Part shown: piece by piece, positions 1 through 18,860 of the stretch
Layout: the number at the start of each line of letters is the position of its first letter
How positions within the stretch are numbered: the stretch's first letter is position 1
From: an uncultured Aliarcobacter sp.
GTDB taxonomy: Bacteria > Campylobacterota > Campylobacteria > Campylobacterales > Arcobacteraceae
Reading direction: 5' to 3'
DNA: 64,000 nucleotides
NCBI GenBank assembly: GCA_963664305.2
Contig: CAXXLV010000001.1
Span: forward strand, 320,001-384,000
Made by a program: the position numbers and the translations under genes
Notes under the pieces: generated by a model
Told to the model about the DNA's origin: nothing
The model's input: the letters and a program-made list of their open reading frames with translations, nothing else
Databases searched by the model: none

Positions 1-2
1 CT

Positions 3-1259
3 ACAAAATTTTCAATTTTCTACTTGATTGTTGGAATTATTGGAATAATTTGTATTGATAGATTTTTAAATATTTATTTCACTTATAATAAACCAACTGA
101 AGGAACATCTTCTACATTCAATTTTTTATTTCTTTTTTTACTATTTAGTGTAATTGTTCTTTTTTTGATTTTAAATCATATGCAAAAAGTTATTTTAAGA
201 ATTGATAAATCATATAAAGACTTAAAAGAGAAAGATAAAGAAAGATTAATGCCCTATGAATTTGCATTAAATAATTCTGTTGATGGTATTTACTGGTTTA
301 CTATCGATGCAAAAATTGTTTACTTAAATGATGCAGCTTGCAAAATGTTAGGTTATGAAAAAGAAGAGTTATTAGGAAAATATCTTGAAGTGATGGATAC
401 AAATTTCAATCGACAAACTGCTGTTGATATTATGCATAAAATAAAAAATACAGATAATTGGATATTAGAAACAACTCAAAGAAAAAAGAATGGTGAAACT
501 TTTCCTGTTGAAGTTTCAGGTCATGGTTTTACTTATGGTGGGCAAGAATATATTTGTGCATTTGGAAGAGATATTAGTCAAAGACAAGAGATAAACAAAA
601 AAATCACAAATATAAATTTAGAACTTCAAAAATCTTTAGATGAAAAAGAGATTTTATTAAAAGAGATTCACCATAGAGTTAAGAATAATATGGAAATTAT
701 CTCATCTTTATTAGCAATGCAATTAAGACGAGCAAAAGATGATGAAGTAAAATATATATTAAAACAAAGCAAAAGTAGAATCAACACTATGGCATTGGTT
801 CATGAATTCTTGTATTTAGGAGAAAACTTAGCTTATATAAATCTTCAAGATTATATAAAAAGATTAGTTCAAGATATAAAAGAGTTATACATTTCTCAAA
901 ATACAAACTTAGAAGTTGATTTACATATTGACAAACTAATTTTTTCAACAAATAGATGTATTCAAATTGGAATGGTGATACATGAACTTTGTGTAAATGC
1001 TTTAAAATATGCTTTTAAAGAAGATAGAGAAAATTTACTTTGCATACACATAAAAAAATCTGAAGATAAAATCCATGTAAAAATCAGAGATAATGGAGAA
1101 GGATTAAAAGACATAAATTCTCTGTATAAAAGTGAATCTATTGGTATGCAATTAATTCACTCTATTGTAGAAGATCAATTAGATGCAAACATTGAATTTA
1201 GAAATAACAATGGATTAGAGTGTAATATTATATTTTCAAAAGATGAGGATGAAGAATGA
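3..1259 (+). CDS. PAS-domain sensor histidine kinase, HisKA_2/HWE-like type (probably 5'-truncated by the window edge)
   Basis: TM segments, PAS (YLNDAACKMLGYEKEEL), H-box EIHHRVKNN, HATPase motifs HELCVNALKYAF, DNGEG, SIGMQL. The frame is open back to position 3, so the true start probably lies upstream of the window. Confidence 0.88.
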   Translation, partial: TKFSIFYLIVGIIGIICIDRFLNIYFTYNKPTEGTSSTFNFLFLFLLFSVIVLFLILNHMQKVILRIDKSYKDLKEKDKERLMPYEFALNNSVDGIYWFTIDAKIVYLNDAACKMLGYEKEELLGKYLEVMDTNFNRQTAVDIMHKIKNTDNWILETTQRKKNGETFPVEVSGHGFTYGGQEYICAFGRDISQRQEINKKITNINLELQKSLDEKEILLKEIHHRVKNNMEIISSLLAMQLRRAKDDEVKYILKQSKSRINTMALVHEFLYLGENLAYINLQDYIKRLVQDIKELYISQNTNLEVDLHIDKLIFSTNRCIQIGMVIHELCVNALKYAFKEDRENLLCIHIKKSEDKIHVKIRDNGEGLKDINSLYKSESIGMQLIHSIVEDQLDANIEFRNNNGLECNIIFSKDEDEE

Positions 1260-2014
1260 ATAAAATTAAAATATTAATAGTTGAAGATGAATCTATTATT
1301 GCATTAAACCTTAAAGAGACTATTCTTGATTTAGGATACGAACCTTGTGGAGTAGCACCTAATAAATGTAAAACTATGAAAATTCTTGAAAAAGGAATTA
1401 TTCCTGATTTGATTTTAATGGATATTTATCTAAAAGGACCTACAACAGGAATTGAACTTGCGAAAGAATTAAAAACTTTATTTCCATATATTCCTGTTGT
1501 TTTTTTAACGGCAAATTCAGAAGTTAGTACAATAAAAAAAGCATCTGAAACTTTTGCATATGGTTATATTCTAAAACCATACAAAAAATCCAATTTACAT
1601 GCTGCTATTGAAATAGCTTTGAAAAAATCTGCAGAAGATAATATTAAAATGAAAAAACTTGAAGCTACTGAAAATGTTAATAAAACTTTAATTCATCAAC
1701 TTGAATTAAATAATGAGCAAAGATCTCGTACTATACAATTAAAATATGGATATTTATTTGATAAAGAAAAAGAAATTTTATATTATGGTGATGAACCAGT
1801 AAAATTGACTACAAAAGAGACTAAAATCATAAAATATCTTTGTGAAAGCCCTGGTCACAATGTATCTCAAGAACAACTTGAATATGCAATTTGGCAAGAT
1901 GAACCAGCAGGTTATGCAGCTTTTAGATCTGTATTATTCAGACTTAGAAGTAAAATCCATAAAGATCTAATTTCTAACCAAAATAATACTGGTTATAAAA
2001 TAGAACTTTTATAA
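1256..2014 (+). CDS. Response regulator (REC + C-terminal winged-helix DNA-binding domain)
   Basis: ILIVEDE, DLILMDI, VFLTA, YILKP receiver motifs; LTTKE...RLRSKI...GYKI OmpR-type tail; ATGA overlap with the kinase. Confidence 0.9.
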   Translation: MNKIKILIVEDESIIALNLKETILDLGYEPCGVAPNKCKTMKILEKGIIPDLILMDIYLKGPTTGIELAKELKTLFPYIPVVFLTANSEVSTIKKASETFAYGYILKPYKKSNLHAAIEIALKKSAEDNIKMKKLEATENVNKTLIHQLELNNEQRSRTIQLKYGYLFDKEKEILYYGDEPVKLTTKETKIIKYLCESPGHNVSQEQLEYAIWQDEPAGYAAFRSVLFRLRSKIHKDLISNQNNTGYKIELL

Positions 2015-2035
2015 GATAGGTATTTTTTACCTATC
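2015..2035. terminator. Hairpin between convergent regulator and MCP genes
   Basis: GATAGGTA-ttttt-TACCTATC, overlapping the MCP stop codon. Confidence 0.45.
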
Positions 2036-3910
2036 CATATTTATAATCTCATTTTTCCCTAAAAAACTTTTATTATTAGCTTCACTAAATATATTTTTTG
2101 CAATTTTATCAGTTTGAACTGCAATATCATGTGTTTGGTCCATAATTTGACTATTCTGTTTTGTTTTTGAATCTAATTCATCAATTATATTATTTACCTC
2201 CAAAATACCCTTTTCTTGTTTCATACTTAAATTTGTAATTGTCTCTATCATCGTAGATGATTTATTAATATTTTCTAAAAGCTCGGAATAGCCTTTAATC
2301 ATATTACTTGATATATTTTTCCCTTCATTTGCTTTTATAGTTGCATTTTCAACTAATTGTTTTATCTCTTTAGCTGCATCTGCACTTCGACTTGCAAGAT
2401 TTCTAACTTCTCCTGCTACAACAGCAAATCCTTTTCCACTTTCACCAGCTGTTGCAGCTTCAACTGCAGCGTTAAGTGATAATATATTAGTTTGAAATGA
2501 AATTTGGTCAATAATCATTATTGCTTCATTTATTAAATTTACTTGACTTGTTATTTCATCCATTGAATTTGATGTATTTAATGCTAGACTTTGTCCTTCT
2601 TTTGCTGAAACATTTAACTCATTTGCATATTTACTTAATTCTGAAATATTTTCATTACTTTCCACAATCACAGATGTGATATCTTTTAAAGAAACATTTG
2701 TTTCATCCAATAACAAAGTTGTATCTTTTGCCGATTCATTTAATTTATTTATACAGTCTATTAATTTATTTGAAGCACTATCTAATGTAATTCCTCTAAG
2801 TAAAGATTGTTTCAATAATTCTGAAATCTCTTCTGTTAAAAAATTAATATTTTCTATAAACTCAGCTATTTCGCCTTTTTGGTTATTAATTTCAACTTTA
2901 TTTATAAACTTATAACTACTAAACTCTTTTAGAACAAAAGATATTGATTCAATATTTAATCTCAATTCATTTATCATCGAATTAAAAGCATTACATAAAC
3001 TCTTTAATTGACTATTATTTGGGATTTTTTCAACCTTAACATTTAAATAACCTCTATTTATTTTTGAAACAACATCTAAAACATTTTCAACTGTTTCATT
3101 ATCTTTTTGTATACCATTTCTTATTTTGATTATATTTTCATTTATAATTTTTGACATTTTGCCAAATTCATTTCTATTACTCTCTTTCAATAATTCTATA
3201 TTGTCCGATTCCTTTGATAAATATTTAAAAAAAGACAATAATCCATTTTGAAAAGTTTTTATAGAGTGTTTAATATCTTTATACACTAGATATGATATTG
3301 ATACTGCAAAAATCAAACTAATTATAAAAATTATAAATATAATTTTTAGTATATAATTTTTTACATTTTGAGAATTTTCATAAAAAATTTTTCCATTTTT
3401 CTCTGATAATTTTGTTAATTCATCCATTTGTTTATATAAAATTGAATCATGTGGAAGAGCTTTTTCTTTTATTATTTTTCCAGCAAGAGCCATATTTCCA
3501 GATAACATAGCATCTACAACTTCTGTTCTTATTGGAATCCAAGTTATAAATTGTTTTTTTGCTTCAATAATTTTACTTTTATCTTCTAATAAAGAATTTT
3601 CTAATACATTAAAAAGTTCTAACAATTCCTTATCCATTTTACTTATTTTATCAATTGCTAATTGTTTTTCTTCATTTGAAGGAGTTAAAGCTATATCTTT
3701 TACTGCACTAATTTCTAATGCAATTTTAAAACTTATAGCTTTAGTTATATTACTAACTTGATAGGGATAATTATAAAACTTTGAAATTATCATCGATAAA
3801 TCTTGAATTTTAAATATCGAATAACAACTAATAAAAATCAACATACTTATAAGGATTATAAATCCTGAAATAATTTTAGAATTAATACTTAAATCATTTA
3901 TTTTGTTCAT
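2027..3910 (-). CDS. Methyl-accepting chemotaxis protein
   Basis: Two TM helices around a four-helix-bundle-like periplasmic domain; signalling hairpin [34 protein letters not shown]. Confidence 0.95.
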   Translation of the reverse strand: MNKINDLSINSKIISGFIILISMLIFISCYSIFKIQDLSMIISKFYNYPYQVSNITKAISFKIALEISAVKDIALTPSNEEKQLAIDKISKMDKELLELFNVLENSLLEDKSKIIEAKKQFITWIPIRTEVVDAMLSGNMALAGKIIKEKALPHDSILYKQMDELTKLSEKNGKIFYENSQNVKNYILKIIFIIFIISLIFAVSISYLVYKDIKHSIKTFQNGLLSFFKYLSKESDNIELLKESNRNEFGKMSKIINENIIKIRNGIQKDNETVENVLDVVSKINRGYLNVKVEKIPNNSQLKSLCNAFNSMINELRLNIESISFVLKEFSSYKFINKVEINNQKGEIAEFIENINFLTEEISELLKQSLLRGITLDSASNKLIDCINKLNESAKDTTLLLDETNVSLKDITSVIVESNENISELSKYANELNVSAKEGQSLALNTSNSMDEITSQVNLINEAIMIIDQISFQTNILSLNAAVEAATAGESGKGFAVVAGEVRNLASRSADAAKEIKQLVENATIKANEGKNISSNMIKGYSELLENINKSSTMIETITNLSMKQEKGILEVNNIIDELDSKTKQNSQIMDQTHDIAVQTDKIAKNIFSEANNKSFLGKNEIINMDR

Positions 3911-3946
3911 TCACTAACCTTTAATTTAATTGTGAAATATTATTTA

Positions 3947-3998
3947 ATTCTAATCGCTTTATATTCGCAATATACAAAAATTTAAAAGCGATTAGAAT
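3947..3998. repeat. Perfect 14-bp inverted repeat with 24-nt spacer in a divergent promoter region
   Basis: ATTCTAATCGCTTT (3947-3960) and AAAGCGATTAGAAT (3985-3998). Confidence 0.85.
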
Positions 3999-4044
3999 GC
4001 GATTTTTTTTATATATATTAAATAAAATTTATAAAGGATTTTTA

Positions 4045-4839
4045 ATGGACTTAAAAATATCAGGCAAGATAGCTTTAATTACAGGTTCTACTCAAGGAAT
4101 TGGTTTTGAAACAGCAAGAAAATTAGCACAAGAAGGTGTTAATGTTATTATAAACGGAAGAAATGAAAAAAAAGTTAATAATGCTGTACAAAAAATAAAA
4201 GCTGAATTTCCTAAAATTAAAGTTGTTGGAATTACTGCTGATTTAAAAGATAATGAAGGTTGTAATAAATTAATTTCTAAAATCCCACACATTGATATTT
4301 TGATAAATAATTTGGGAATATTTGAACCAAAAGAGTTTAAAGATATAACTGAACAAGAATGGTTACATATGTTTAATGTAAATGTTATGAGTGGTGTAAG
4401 ACTTGCTCAACACTATTTATCATCTATGATAGACCAAAATTGGGGAAGAATTATATTTATTTCTAGTGAATCAGCTATTCAAATTCCAAAAGAAATGATT
4501 CATTATGGGATGACAAAAACAGCTCAAATATCTGTTTCAAGAGGAATCGCTGAATTAACTCAAGGAACAAATGTAACTTCAAATGCAATATTATTAGGAC
4601 CTTCAAAATCTGAAGGTGTTGTAGAATTTATTGAAAATTTTGCAAAACAAAACAATATAAAATTTGAAGAAGTCGAAAAAGATTTTTTCAAAAGTGTAAG
4701 ACCAACTTCTCTTATTCAAAGATTTGCAGAGGTTGAAGAAGATGCAAATATGATTGTATATATTTCTAGTGCACTTTCTAGTGCAACAAATGGAGCAATT
4801 CTAAGAGCTGATGGTGGAGTAATTCAATCAGCATTTTAA
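4045..4839 (+). CDS. SDR-family NAD(P)-dependent oxidoreductase
   Basis: TGSTQGIG nucleotide-binding motif, NNLG, catalytic YGMTK. Start moved to ATG 4045, which follows an AAGGA RBS. Confidence 0.92.
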   Translation: MDLKISGKIALITGSTQGIGFETARKLAQEGVNVIINGRNEKKVNNAVQKIKAEFPKIKVVGITADLKDNEGCNKLISKIPHIDILINNLGIFEPKEFKDITEQEWLHMFNVNVMSGVRLAQHYLSSMIDQNWGRIIFISSESAIQIPKEMIHYGMTKTAQISVSRGIAELTQGTNVTSNAILLGPSKSEGVVEFIENFAKQNNIKFEEVEKDFFKSVRPTSLIQRFAEVEEDANMIVYISSALSSATNGAILRADGGVIQSAF

Positions 4840-4853
4840 TAAAAAGGGAATAA

Positions 4854-5921
4854 ATGAAAAGTTATAAAATATCAATAATCAAAGGTGATGGTATAGGACC
4901 AGAAATCGTTGATGAGGCAATAAAAGTATTAAATGCAGTTGCAAAAAAATGTGATTTTGAATTAAGTTATAAAGAGTATTTAATGGGTGGTATCGCTATT
5001 GATACTACTGGTGTTCCATTACCTCAAGAGACAGTTGATGGAGTTTTAAATTCTGATGCATGTTTATTTGGTGCAATTGGTGGAGAAAAATGGGATACAC
5101 TTCCAAGAGAATTAAGACCAGAAACTGGATTATTAAAATTCAGAGAAGAGATGGGTGTTTACGCAAACTTAAGACCTGCAATTATTTATGATGAATTAGT
5201 AAATGCATCAACTTTAAAACCTGAAGTAATTCAAGGCGTTGATATTATGATTGTAAGAGAATTAATTGGTGGAATCTATTTTGGAAAACCAAGAGAAAAT
5301 GATGGATTTAAAGCATTTAATACAATGGTTTATACAAAACCAGAAATTGTAAGAATTGGTAAAACAGCATTTGAACTTGCAATGAAAAGAGATAAAAGAG
5401 TTTGTTCTGTAGATAAAGCAAATGTTTTAGAAGTTTCTCAACTTTGGAGAGATACTATGAATGAATTATCTAAAGATTATCCTGAAGTAGAATTAACTCA
5501 TATGTATGTAGATAATGCAGCAATGCAACTTGTAAGAAATCCAAAACAATTTGATGTTATCGTAACTGGAAATATTTTTGGAGATATTCTTTCTGATACA
5601 GCTTCAATGGTAGTAGGTTCAATTGGATTACTTCCGTCAGCTTCAACAGGAGATAAAACAGCGATTTATGAACCAATTCATGGTTCAGCTCCTGATATAG
5701 CAGGAATGGGAATAGCAAATCCAATAGCAACAATAGTAAGTGCAGCAATGATGTTAAAATACTCTTTAAATGAGATAAAAGCAGCAGATATGATAGAAGA
5801 AGCAATAAAAGCAGCATTAAAAGATGGATATAGAACAAAAGATTTAGCAGCATTTGATGCAAAAGAAGTATTAAATACTAGTGCCATGGGTGATATACTT
5901 GTTAGATATATAGAAAAATAA
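4854..5921 (+). CDS. leuB: 3-isopropylmalate dehydrogenase
   Basis: [39 protein letters not shown]. Confidence 0.97.
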   Translation: MKSYKISIIKGDGIGPEIVDEAIKVLNAVAKKCDFELSYKEYLMGGIAIDTTGVPLPQETVDGVLNSDACLFGAIGGEKWDTLPRELRPETGLLKFREEMGVYANLRPAIIYDELVNASTLKPEVIQGVDIMIVRELIGGIYFGKPRENDGFKAFNTMVYTKPEIVRIGKTAFELAMKRDKRVCSVDKANVLEVSQLWRDTMNELSKDYPEVELTHMYVDNAAMQLVRNPKQFDVIVTGNIFGDILSDTASMVVGSIGLLPSASTGDKTAIYEPIHGSAPDIAGMGIANPIATIVSAAMMLKYSLNEIKAADMIEEAIKAALKDGYRTKDLAAFDAKEVLNTSAMGDILVRYIEK

Positions 5922-5938
5922 TTTTCTCTATATATCTA
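5903..5938. terminator. AT-rich hairpin spanning the leuB stop codon
   Basis: TAGATATATAGA...TCTATATATCTA 12-bp stem between convergent genes. Confidence 0.45.
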
Positions 5939-5954
5939 TATATAATTTATATAA

Positions 5955-6242
5955 TTAATTTTTTGGTAGTAGTTTAATTGGAACGATTTGAAATTCATCC
6001 ATATTCCAAACATTGTTTTTAACATATGGTTCATTCTCTAACCACTCATCAATTTCTTCATCTGTATCAAAATCAACAAGTAAAGTTGAACCAACCATTA
6101 CTTCATCTTCAATTAATGCACCAGCACTAATAATTTTACCTTCAGCCATTAATTTTCTTGTACCTTCAACGTGAGCATCTCTTACAGCTAGTCTTCTTTC
6201 AAGAGCATTATCGTTATCATAGGCAATTACTAAATATTGCAT
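5955..6242 (-). CDS. YciI family protein
   Basis: RLAVRDAH, AGAL, GSTLLVDF, EPY motifs; 95 aa. Confidence 0.85.
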   Translation of the reverse strand: MQYLVIAYDNDNALERRLAVRDAHVEGTRKLMAEGKIISAGALIEDEVMVGSTLLVDFDTDEEIDEWLENEPYVKNNVWNMDEFQIVPIKLLPKN

Positions 6243-6308
6243 GGTATATATCCTTTTTTATTTAATTTTAGCATTCTATCATAAAAATAAAATGACAAAA
6301 TTAAATTA

Positions 6309-6692
6309 TTACAAAGTAGTTGCAAATAAAAATGTTAATGGATAAATAATTACGTTTAAATATCTAAAAAGGGACGTAATATTTACATTTATTGAAATTA
6401 ATTCATTGATACTTTTGCCATTTAAAAGATTTTTCATCAATGATAATTTAAAGCAAATATCAAAAAACTTTAAAATTAAAATTGAACTCATTAAAAATCC
6501 AAAATTATTAAAATAAAAAGATAAAAAAATAGTATAAAAAAATGATGGATGAAAAAGGAAATATAAAAAAATATTCTTTCTAAAGATAAAAAAATTGTTT
6601 TCAATTAATTCATATAATGTATATGATTTCTGCCATGTAGTCTCAAATAATTCAAGAAGAACAAAGATAAAAAGTAAAGGGATTATTTCCAT
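6309..6692 (-). CDS. Hypothetical membrane protein
   Basis: 127-aa hydrophobic ORF directly downstream of rpoC. Confidence 0.65.
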   Translation of the reverse strand: MEIIPLLFIFVLLELFETTWQKSYTLYELIENNFFIFRKNIFLYFLFHPSFFYTIFLSFYFNNFGFLMSSILILKFFDICFKLSLMKNLLNGKSINELISINVNITSLFRYLNVIIYPLTFLFATTL

Positions 6693-6704
6693 AGTTAGTT
6701 ATTT

Positions 6705-6729
6705 CAATAAGGCTTAAAAAGCCTTATTG
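6705..6729 (-). terminator. Hairpin downstream of rpoC (no clear U-tract)
   Basis: CAATAAGGCTT-aaa-AAGCCTTATTG. Confidence 0.45.
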
Positions 6730-6735
6730 TTTGTA

Positions 6736-15424
<8,689 letters not shown>

Positions 15425-15458
15425 TTAAGTTTGCTTTTTATTTATATAAAGCACAAAA

Positions 15459-15548
15459 GCATCCATAAAGGATAAGGTTAAAATTTCCTAAAATTTTAAC
15501 CTTAACCCTCAAAGATGCTGAACTTATATACAGGGAAAACCCTGTATA
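15459..15548 (-). promoter_or_regulatory. Structured rplL-rpoB intergenic region (attenuator/processing hairpins)
   Basis: TATACAGGG-aaaa-CCCTGTATA hairpin at 15527-15548 and a long imperfect stem GCATC..AAGGTTAAAA/TTTTAACCTT..GATGC at 15459-15518. Confidence 0.5.
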
Positions 15549-15569
15549 ACAGTCAATAATTATAAATAA

Positions 15570-15941
15570 TTATTTAATTTCTACTTTTGCACCAGCTGCT
15601 TCTAAAGCTGCTTTAGCTGCTTCAGCGTCAGCTTTAGAGATTCCTTCTTTAATTGTTGAAGGAGTTTGCTCAGCTGCATCTTTAGCTTCTTTTAATCCTA
15701 AACCAGTTAATGCTCTGATTTCTTTAATAACATTGATTTTTTTGTCACCTGAATCTAAGATAACAACATCAAATTCAGTTTTTTCTTCAGCAGCTTCAAC
15801 AGCAGCTACAGCACCACCAGCAACTGCTACAGGTTGAGCAGATACACCAAATTTTTCTTCAAATTCTTTTACTAATTCTGATAATTCTAATACAGATAAA
15901 CCAGAGATAAATTCTAAAACGTCTTCTTTAGAAATTGCCAT
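15570..15941 (-). CDS. rplL: 50S ribosomal protein L7/L12
   Basis: [24 protein letters not shown]. Confidence 0.99.
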   Translation of the reverse strand: MAISKEDVLEFISGLSVLELSELVKEFEEKFGVSAQPVAVAGGAVAAVEAAEEKTEFDVVILDSGDKKINVIKEIRALTGLGLKEAKDAAEQTPSTIKEGISKADAEAAKAALEAAGAKVEIK

Positions 15942-15991
15942 TTCATTTTCCTTATTATATTTTTTTATTTTTATATTAATAGCTTAAATAA

Positions 15992-16480
15992 TTAAGCTGC
16001 CTCTTCTTCTTTTTTTCTTCTAAGTGCATCAAGACCGATAGTAAAGTTTCTAACAGGCCCCATCCATACAGATGCAAGCATACCAAGAAGTTCTTCTCTT
16101 GATGGTAATTTAGCAAACGCATTAACAGTAGCAAAGTCAGCAATTTTACCTTCGATAATCCCTGATTTAATAGCAAATTTTTCTTTGTTAGATGATGCAA
16201 ATTTATCAGCTACTTTACAAGCTGAGATTTGATCTTCTGACCATAAGAAAATGTTTGTACCACTTAATTCAACATCACCAAGTTCTGCATTTTTAACAGC
16301 AACAGTAACTAAAGTATTTTTAGCAACTTGAACTTTAGTATTATTAGCTCTAGCTTCTTTTCTTAAAGATTCTAATTCTTTATGAGTTAATCCTTTGTAA
16401 TCACAAACAACAACCGCTAAAGAAGATTTGAACTCATCTGTTAAAAAATTAATAATTTCTGATTTTTCTTGTCTAGTCAT
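15992..16480 (-). CDS. rplJ: 50S ribosomal protein L10
   Basis: DYKGLT, VAKNTL, LPSREELL; position in the operon. Confidence 0.98.
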   Translation of the reverse strand: MTRQEKSEIINFLTDEFKSSLAVVVCDYKGLTHKELESLRKEARANNTKVQVAKNTLVTVAVKNAELGDVELSGTNIFLWSEDQISACKVADKFASSNKEKFAIKSGIIEGKIADFATVNAFAKLPSREELLGMLASVWMGPVRNFTIGLDALRRKKEEEAA

Positions 16481-16499
16481 TTTTTTCTCCTCCCTTCAA

Positions 16500-16560
16500 A
16501 ACATCGACTTAGGCGGGACTTACAAGAAACGGAGGTGTCTCTTACCAGCTGTCTTCAGTT
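16500..16560 (-). ncRNA. L10 leader (autoregulatory RNA)
   Basis: Minus strand reads GAAGACAGCTGGT...CCCGCCTAAG just upstream of rplJ, resembling the L10 leader kink-turn core. Confidence 0.7.
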
Positions 16561-16620
16561 TTATTTCAGTGCTTTGAATAACACTCAATAATAAAGATTA
16601 AATCTTCATTATTGAATGCT

Positions 16621-16656
16621 AAAAAAAAATTAGATAAGGTAAACCTTATCTAATTT
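16621..16656 (-). terminator. Intrinsic terminator overlapping the rplA stop
   Basis: AAATTAGATAAGG-taaa-CCTTATCTAATTT, followed by a T-run on the minus strand. Confidence 0.6.
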
Positions 16657-17344
16657 CCATAATTTCCATGTTATCTAAAATAATAGATGGACTCATTGTT
16701 AACGATATAGCTGCATTAGTGATATATCTACCTTTTGCAGTTGAAGGTTTAGCTTTATTGATAGCTGCGATAAATGCTGCTGCATTTTCTCTAATAGCTT
16801 CTGCTGAAAATGAAACTTTTCCAATTCCTGCTTGCATATTACCTTTTTTATCAACTCTATATGTAACTTGACCACCTTTAGCATCATTAACTGCTTTAGT
16901 AACATCCATAGTTACAGTTCCTGTTTTAGGATTTGGCATTAAACCTTTTGGCCCAAGTATTCTTCCTACTTTACCAACAATTCCCATACAATCAGGAGTT
17001 GCGATTAAAACATCAAAATTGATGTTTCCAGCTTGAATAGCTTCTGCTAAATCATCATTACCAACAACATCTGCACCAGCAGCTTTTGCTTCATCCAATT
17101 TTAAACCTTTTGCAAATACTGCAACTCTTACAGTTTTACCTGTACCATTTGGAAGAACAACTGCACCTCTAATCATTTGGTCAGCATGTCTTGGATCTAC
17201 ATTTAAGTTAAGTGCAATTTCAACACTTTCGTCAAATTTAGCTGATTTTAATTCTTTTACTCTTTCACAAGCTTCAGCTAAAGAATATTTTTTATTTTCA
17301 ATTTTCTCTGCTAATGCTTTATATCTTTTTGAAACTTTTGCCAT
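16646..17344 (-). CDS. rplA: 50S ribosomal protein L1
   Basis: [27 protein letters not shown]. Confidence 0.99.
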   Translation of the reverse strand: MAKVSKRYKALAEKIENKKYSLAEACERVKELKSAKFDESVEIALNLNVDPRHADQMIRGAVVLPNGTGKTVRVAVFAKGLKLDEAKAAGADVVGNDDLAEAIQAGNINFDVLIATPDCMGIVGKVGRILGPKGLMPNPKTGTVTMDVTKAVNDAKGGQVTYRVDKKGNMQAGIGKVSFSAEAIRENAAAFIAAINKAKPSTAKGRYITNAAISLTMSPSIILDNMEIMEIR

Positions 17345-17421
17345 TTTTATCTCCGCAATTTTATTATTTTGCTACCGCCATTATAGAGTCCGGTGGTAAG
17401 ACTTTCTCAAAACAGAATTTA

Positions 17422-17847
17422 TTATAATTCTGTTTCAATACCAATTGATCTAGCTGAACCAGCAACAATTTTAGCTGCAACTTCTCTATCATCTGTATTT
17501 AAATCTTTGATTTTTAAATCAACGATTTCCATAATTTGATCTTTAGAAAGTTTTCCAACTTTGTTTTTAAGTGGATTACTTGAACCAGTTTTAACACCAG
17601 AGATTTTTTTAATTAAATCTGTCATTGGTGGTTGTTTTAATTCAAATGTAAAACTTTTATCTGTATAAACAGTGATAACTACAGGAATTCTATATCCTGC
17701 TTTCTCTTTTGTTTTTTCATTAAAAGCTTTACAAAATTCCATAATATTAACACCTCTTTGACCTAAAGCTGGTCCAACTGGTGGTGATGGATTTGCAGCA
17801 CCCGCAGGTATCTGTAATTTAATTAGCCCTTGAATTTTTTTAGCCAT
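17422..17847 (-). CDS. rplK: 50S ribosomal protein L11
   Basis: [24 protein letters not shown]. Confidence 0.99.
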   Translation of the reverse strand: MAKKIQGLIKLQIPAGAANPSPPVGPALGQRGVNIMEFCKAFNEKTKEKAGYRIPVVITVYTDKSFTFELKQPPMTDLIKKISGVKTGSSNPLKNKVGKLSKDQIMEIVDLKIKDLNTDDREVAAKIVAGSARSIGIETEL

Positions 17848-17941
17848 GCTATTCCTTTAAAAATATTTTAATGATTAGACATTAGGTAAAAAAACTATGT
17901 TAAGAAGCTAGTTTTTTTGCCTAATGCCTATATTTGAAATA

Positions 17942-18469
17942 TCAAATAACTCTTTCTACTTGAGTATATGATATTTCCACAGGAGTGTTTCTTCCAAAAA
18001 TAGAAACATTTAATTTTAATAATCCAGAAACCATATCGAAATCTTCAACTATTCCATTGAAGTTTGCGAAAGGTCCTTCATTAATTCTCACCATTTCACC
18101 TTCATCAAATGAAACTTTTGGTTTAGCCGCTGCTCTATTTTTTACTTTTTCTAAAATAAGATTAATATCTTTATCTGATAAAGCTGTTGGTTTTTTAGAT
18201 TCACCGATGAATCTTCCTACTTTTGGCATTGATTGAATTCTATGCCATAATCCTGTATCTAAATCAATTTTTGCAAAAGCATATGCAGGATATAAAGGTC
18301 TTTCAACTATTGTTTTTTTACCTTTTTTAATTTCAATTAAATCTTCAGTTGGAACTAAAACTTCTGCTATTCTATCATCTGCCATTTCTTCAGCTAATTT
18401 TACTAAAGCTTTTTTAACAGATAATTCACTACCAGAATAAGTTTGTATTGCATACCATTTATGTGCCAT
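17942..18469 (-). CDS. nusG: Transcription factor NusG
   Basis: WYAIQTYSG, KOW motif GPFANFNG, VSIFGRNTPVE. Confidence 0.99.
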   Translation of the reverse strand: MAHKWYAIQTYSGSELSVKKALVKLAEEMADDRIAEVLVPTEDLIEIKKGKKTIVERPLYPAYAFAKIDLDTGLWHRIQSMPKVGRFIGESKKPTALSDKDINLILEKVKNRAAAKPKVSFDEGEMVRINEGPFANFNGIVEDFDMVSGLLKLNVSIFGRNTPVEISYTQVERVI

Positions 18470-18478
18470 TTGGTTCCC

Positions 18479-18661
18479 TTAATTTATTATTGAAGATAAG
18501 CTTAATGACATTATTCCATCAATTAGAGCTAAGAATAAAGTAATTACAGTAACCACAATAAAAACTGATAAATATGCTGATCTTATTTGTTCTTTTATAG
18601 GGAAAATAACTTTTAGTAATTCTGCTTTTGCATTAGCATAATAATTTTTAATTTTATTCAC
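18479..18661 (-). CDS. secE: Preprotein translocase subunit SecE
   Basis: ELLKVIFP plus a single TM helix; lies between tRNA-Trp and nusG; GTG start at 18661 after GGAG. Confidence 0.92.
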   Translation of the reverse strand: MNKIKNYYANAKAELLKVIFPIKEQIRSAYLSVFIVVTVITLFLALIDGIMSLSLSSIIN

Positions 18662-18743
18662 AGTTGGCTCCAATTTTGATTACTACTATTTAAGCTTTTA
18701 AATTCTTTCAAAAAAAGAGAGTACTTCTTTTAAAAAAATTTAG

Positions 18744-18819
18744 TGGCAGGCCAGGGGGGATTCGAACCCACAACCATCGGATTTGGAATCCGGCGCTCTA
18801 CCATTGGAGCTACTGACCT
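18744..18819 (-). tRNA. tRNA-Trp(CCA)
   Basis: 76-nt cloverleaf AGGTCAG...; anticodon loop TT-CCA-AA; TTCGAAT; encoded CCA end. Confidence 0.97.
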
Positions 18820-18827
18820 ACGAGATT

Positions 18828-18857
18828 AAAAGACTTGTAGTTTCCTACAAGTCTTTT
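18828..18857 (-). terminator. Terminator-like hairpin between rpmG and tRNA-Trp
   Basis: Minus strand AAAAGACTTGTAG-GAAA-CTACAAGTCTTTT. Confidence 0.65.
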
Positions 18858-18860
18858 ATA

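Noticed and set aside
3997..4044. Longer N-termini given by the ORF track for SDR (also moaE, ftsI, SnoaL, ccdA, secE)
   Set aside because: Downstream starts have better RBS or spacing and match the family N-termini; the extensions are not evidence of novel domains.
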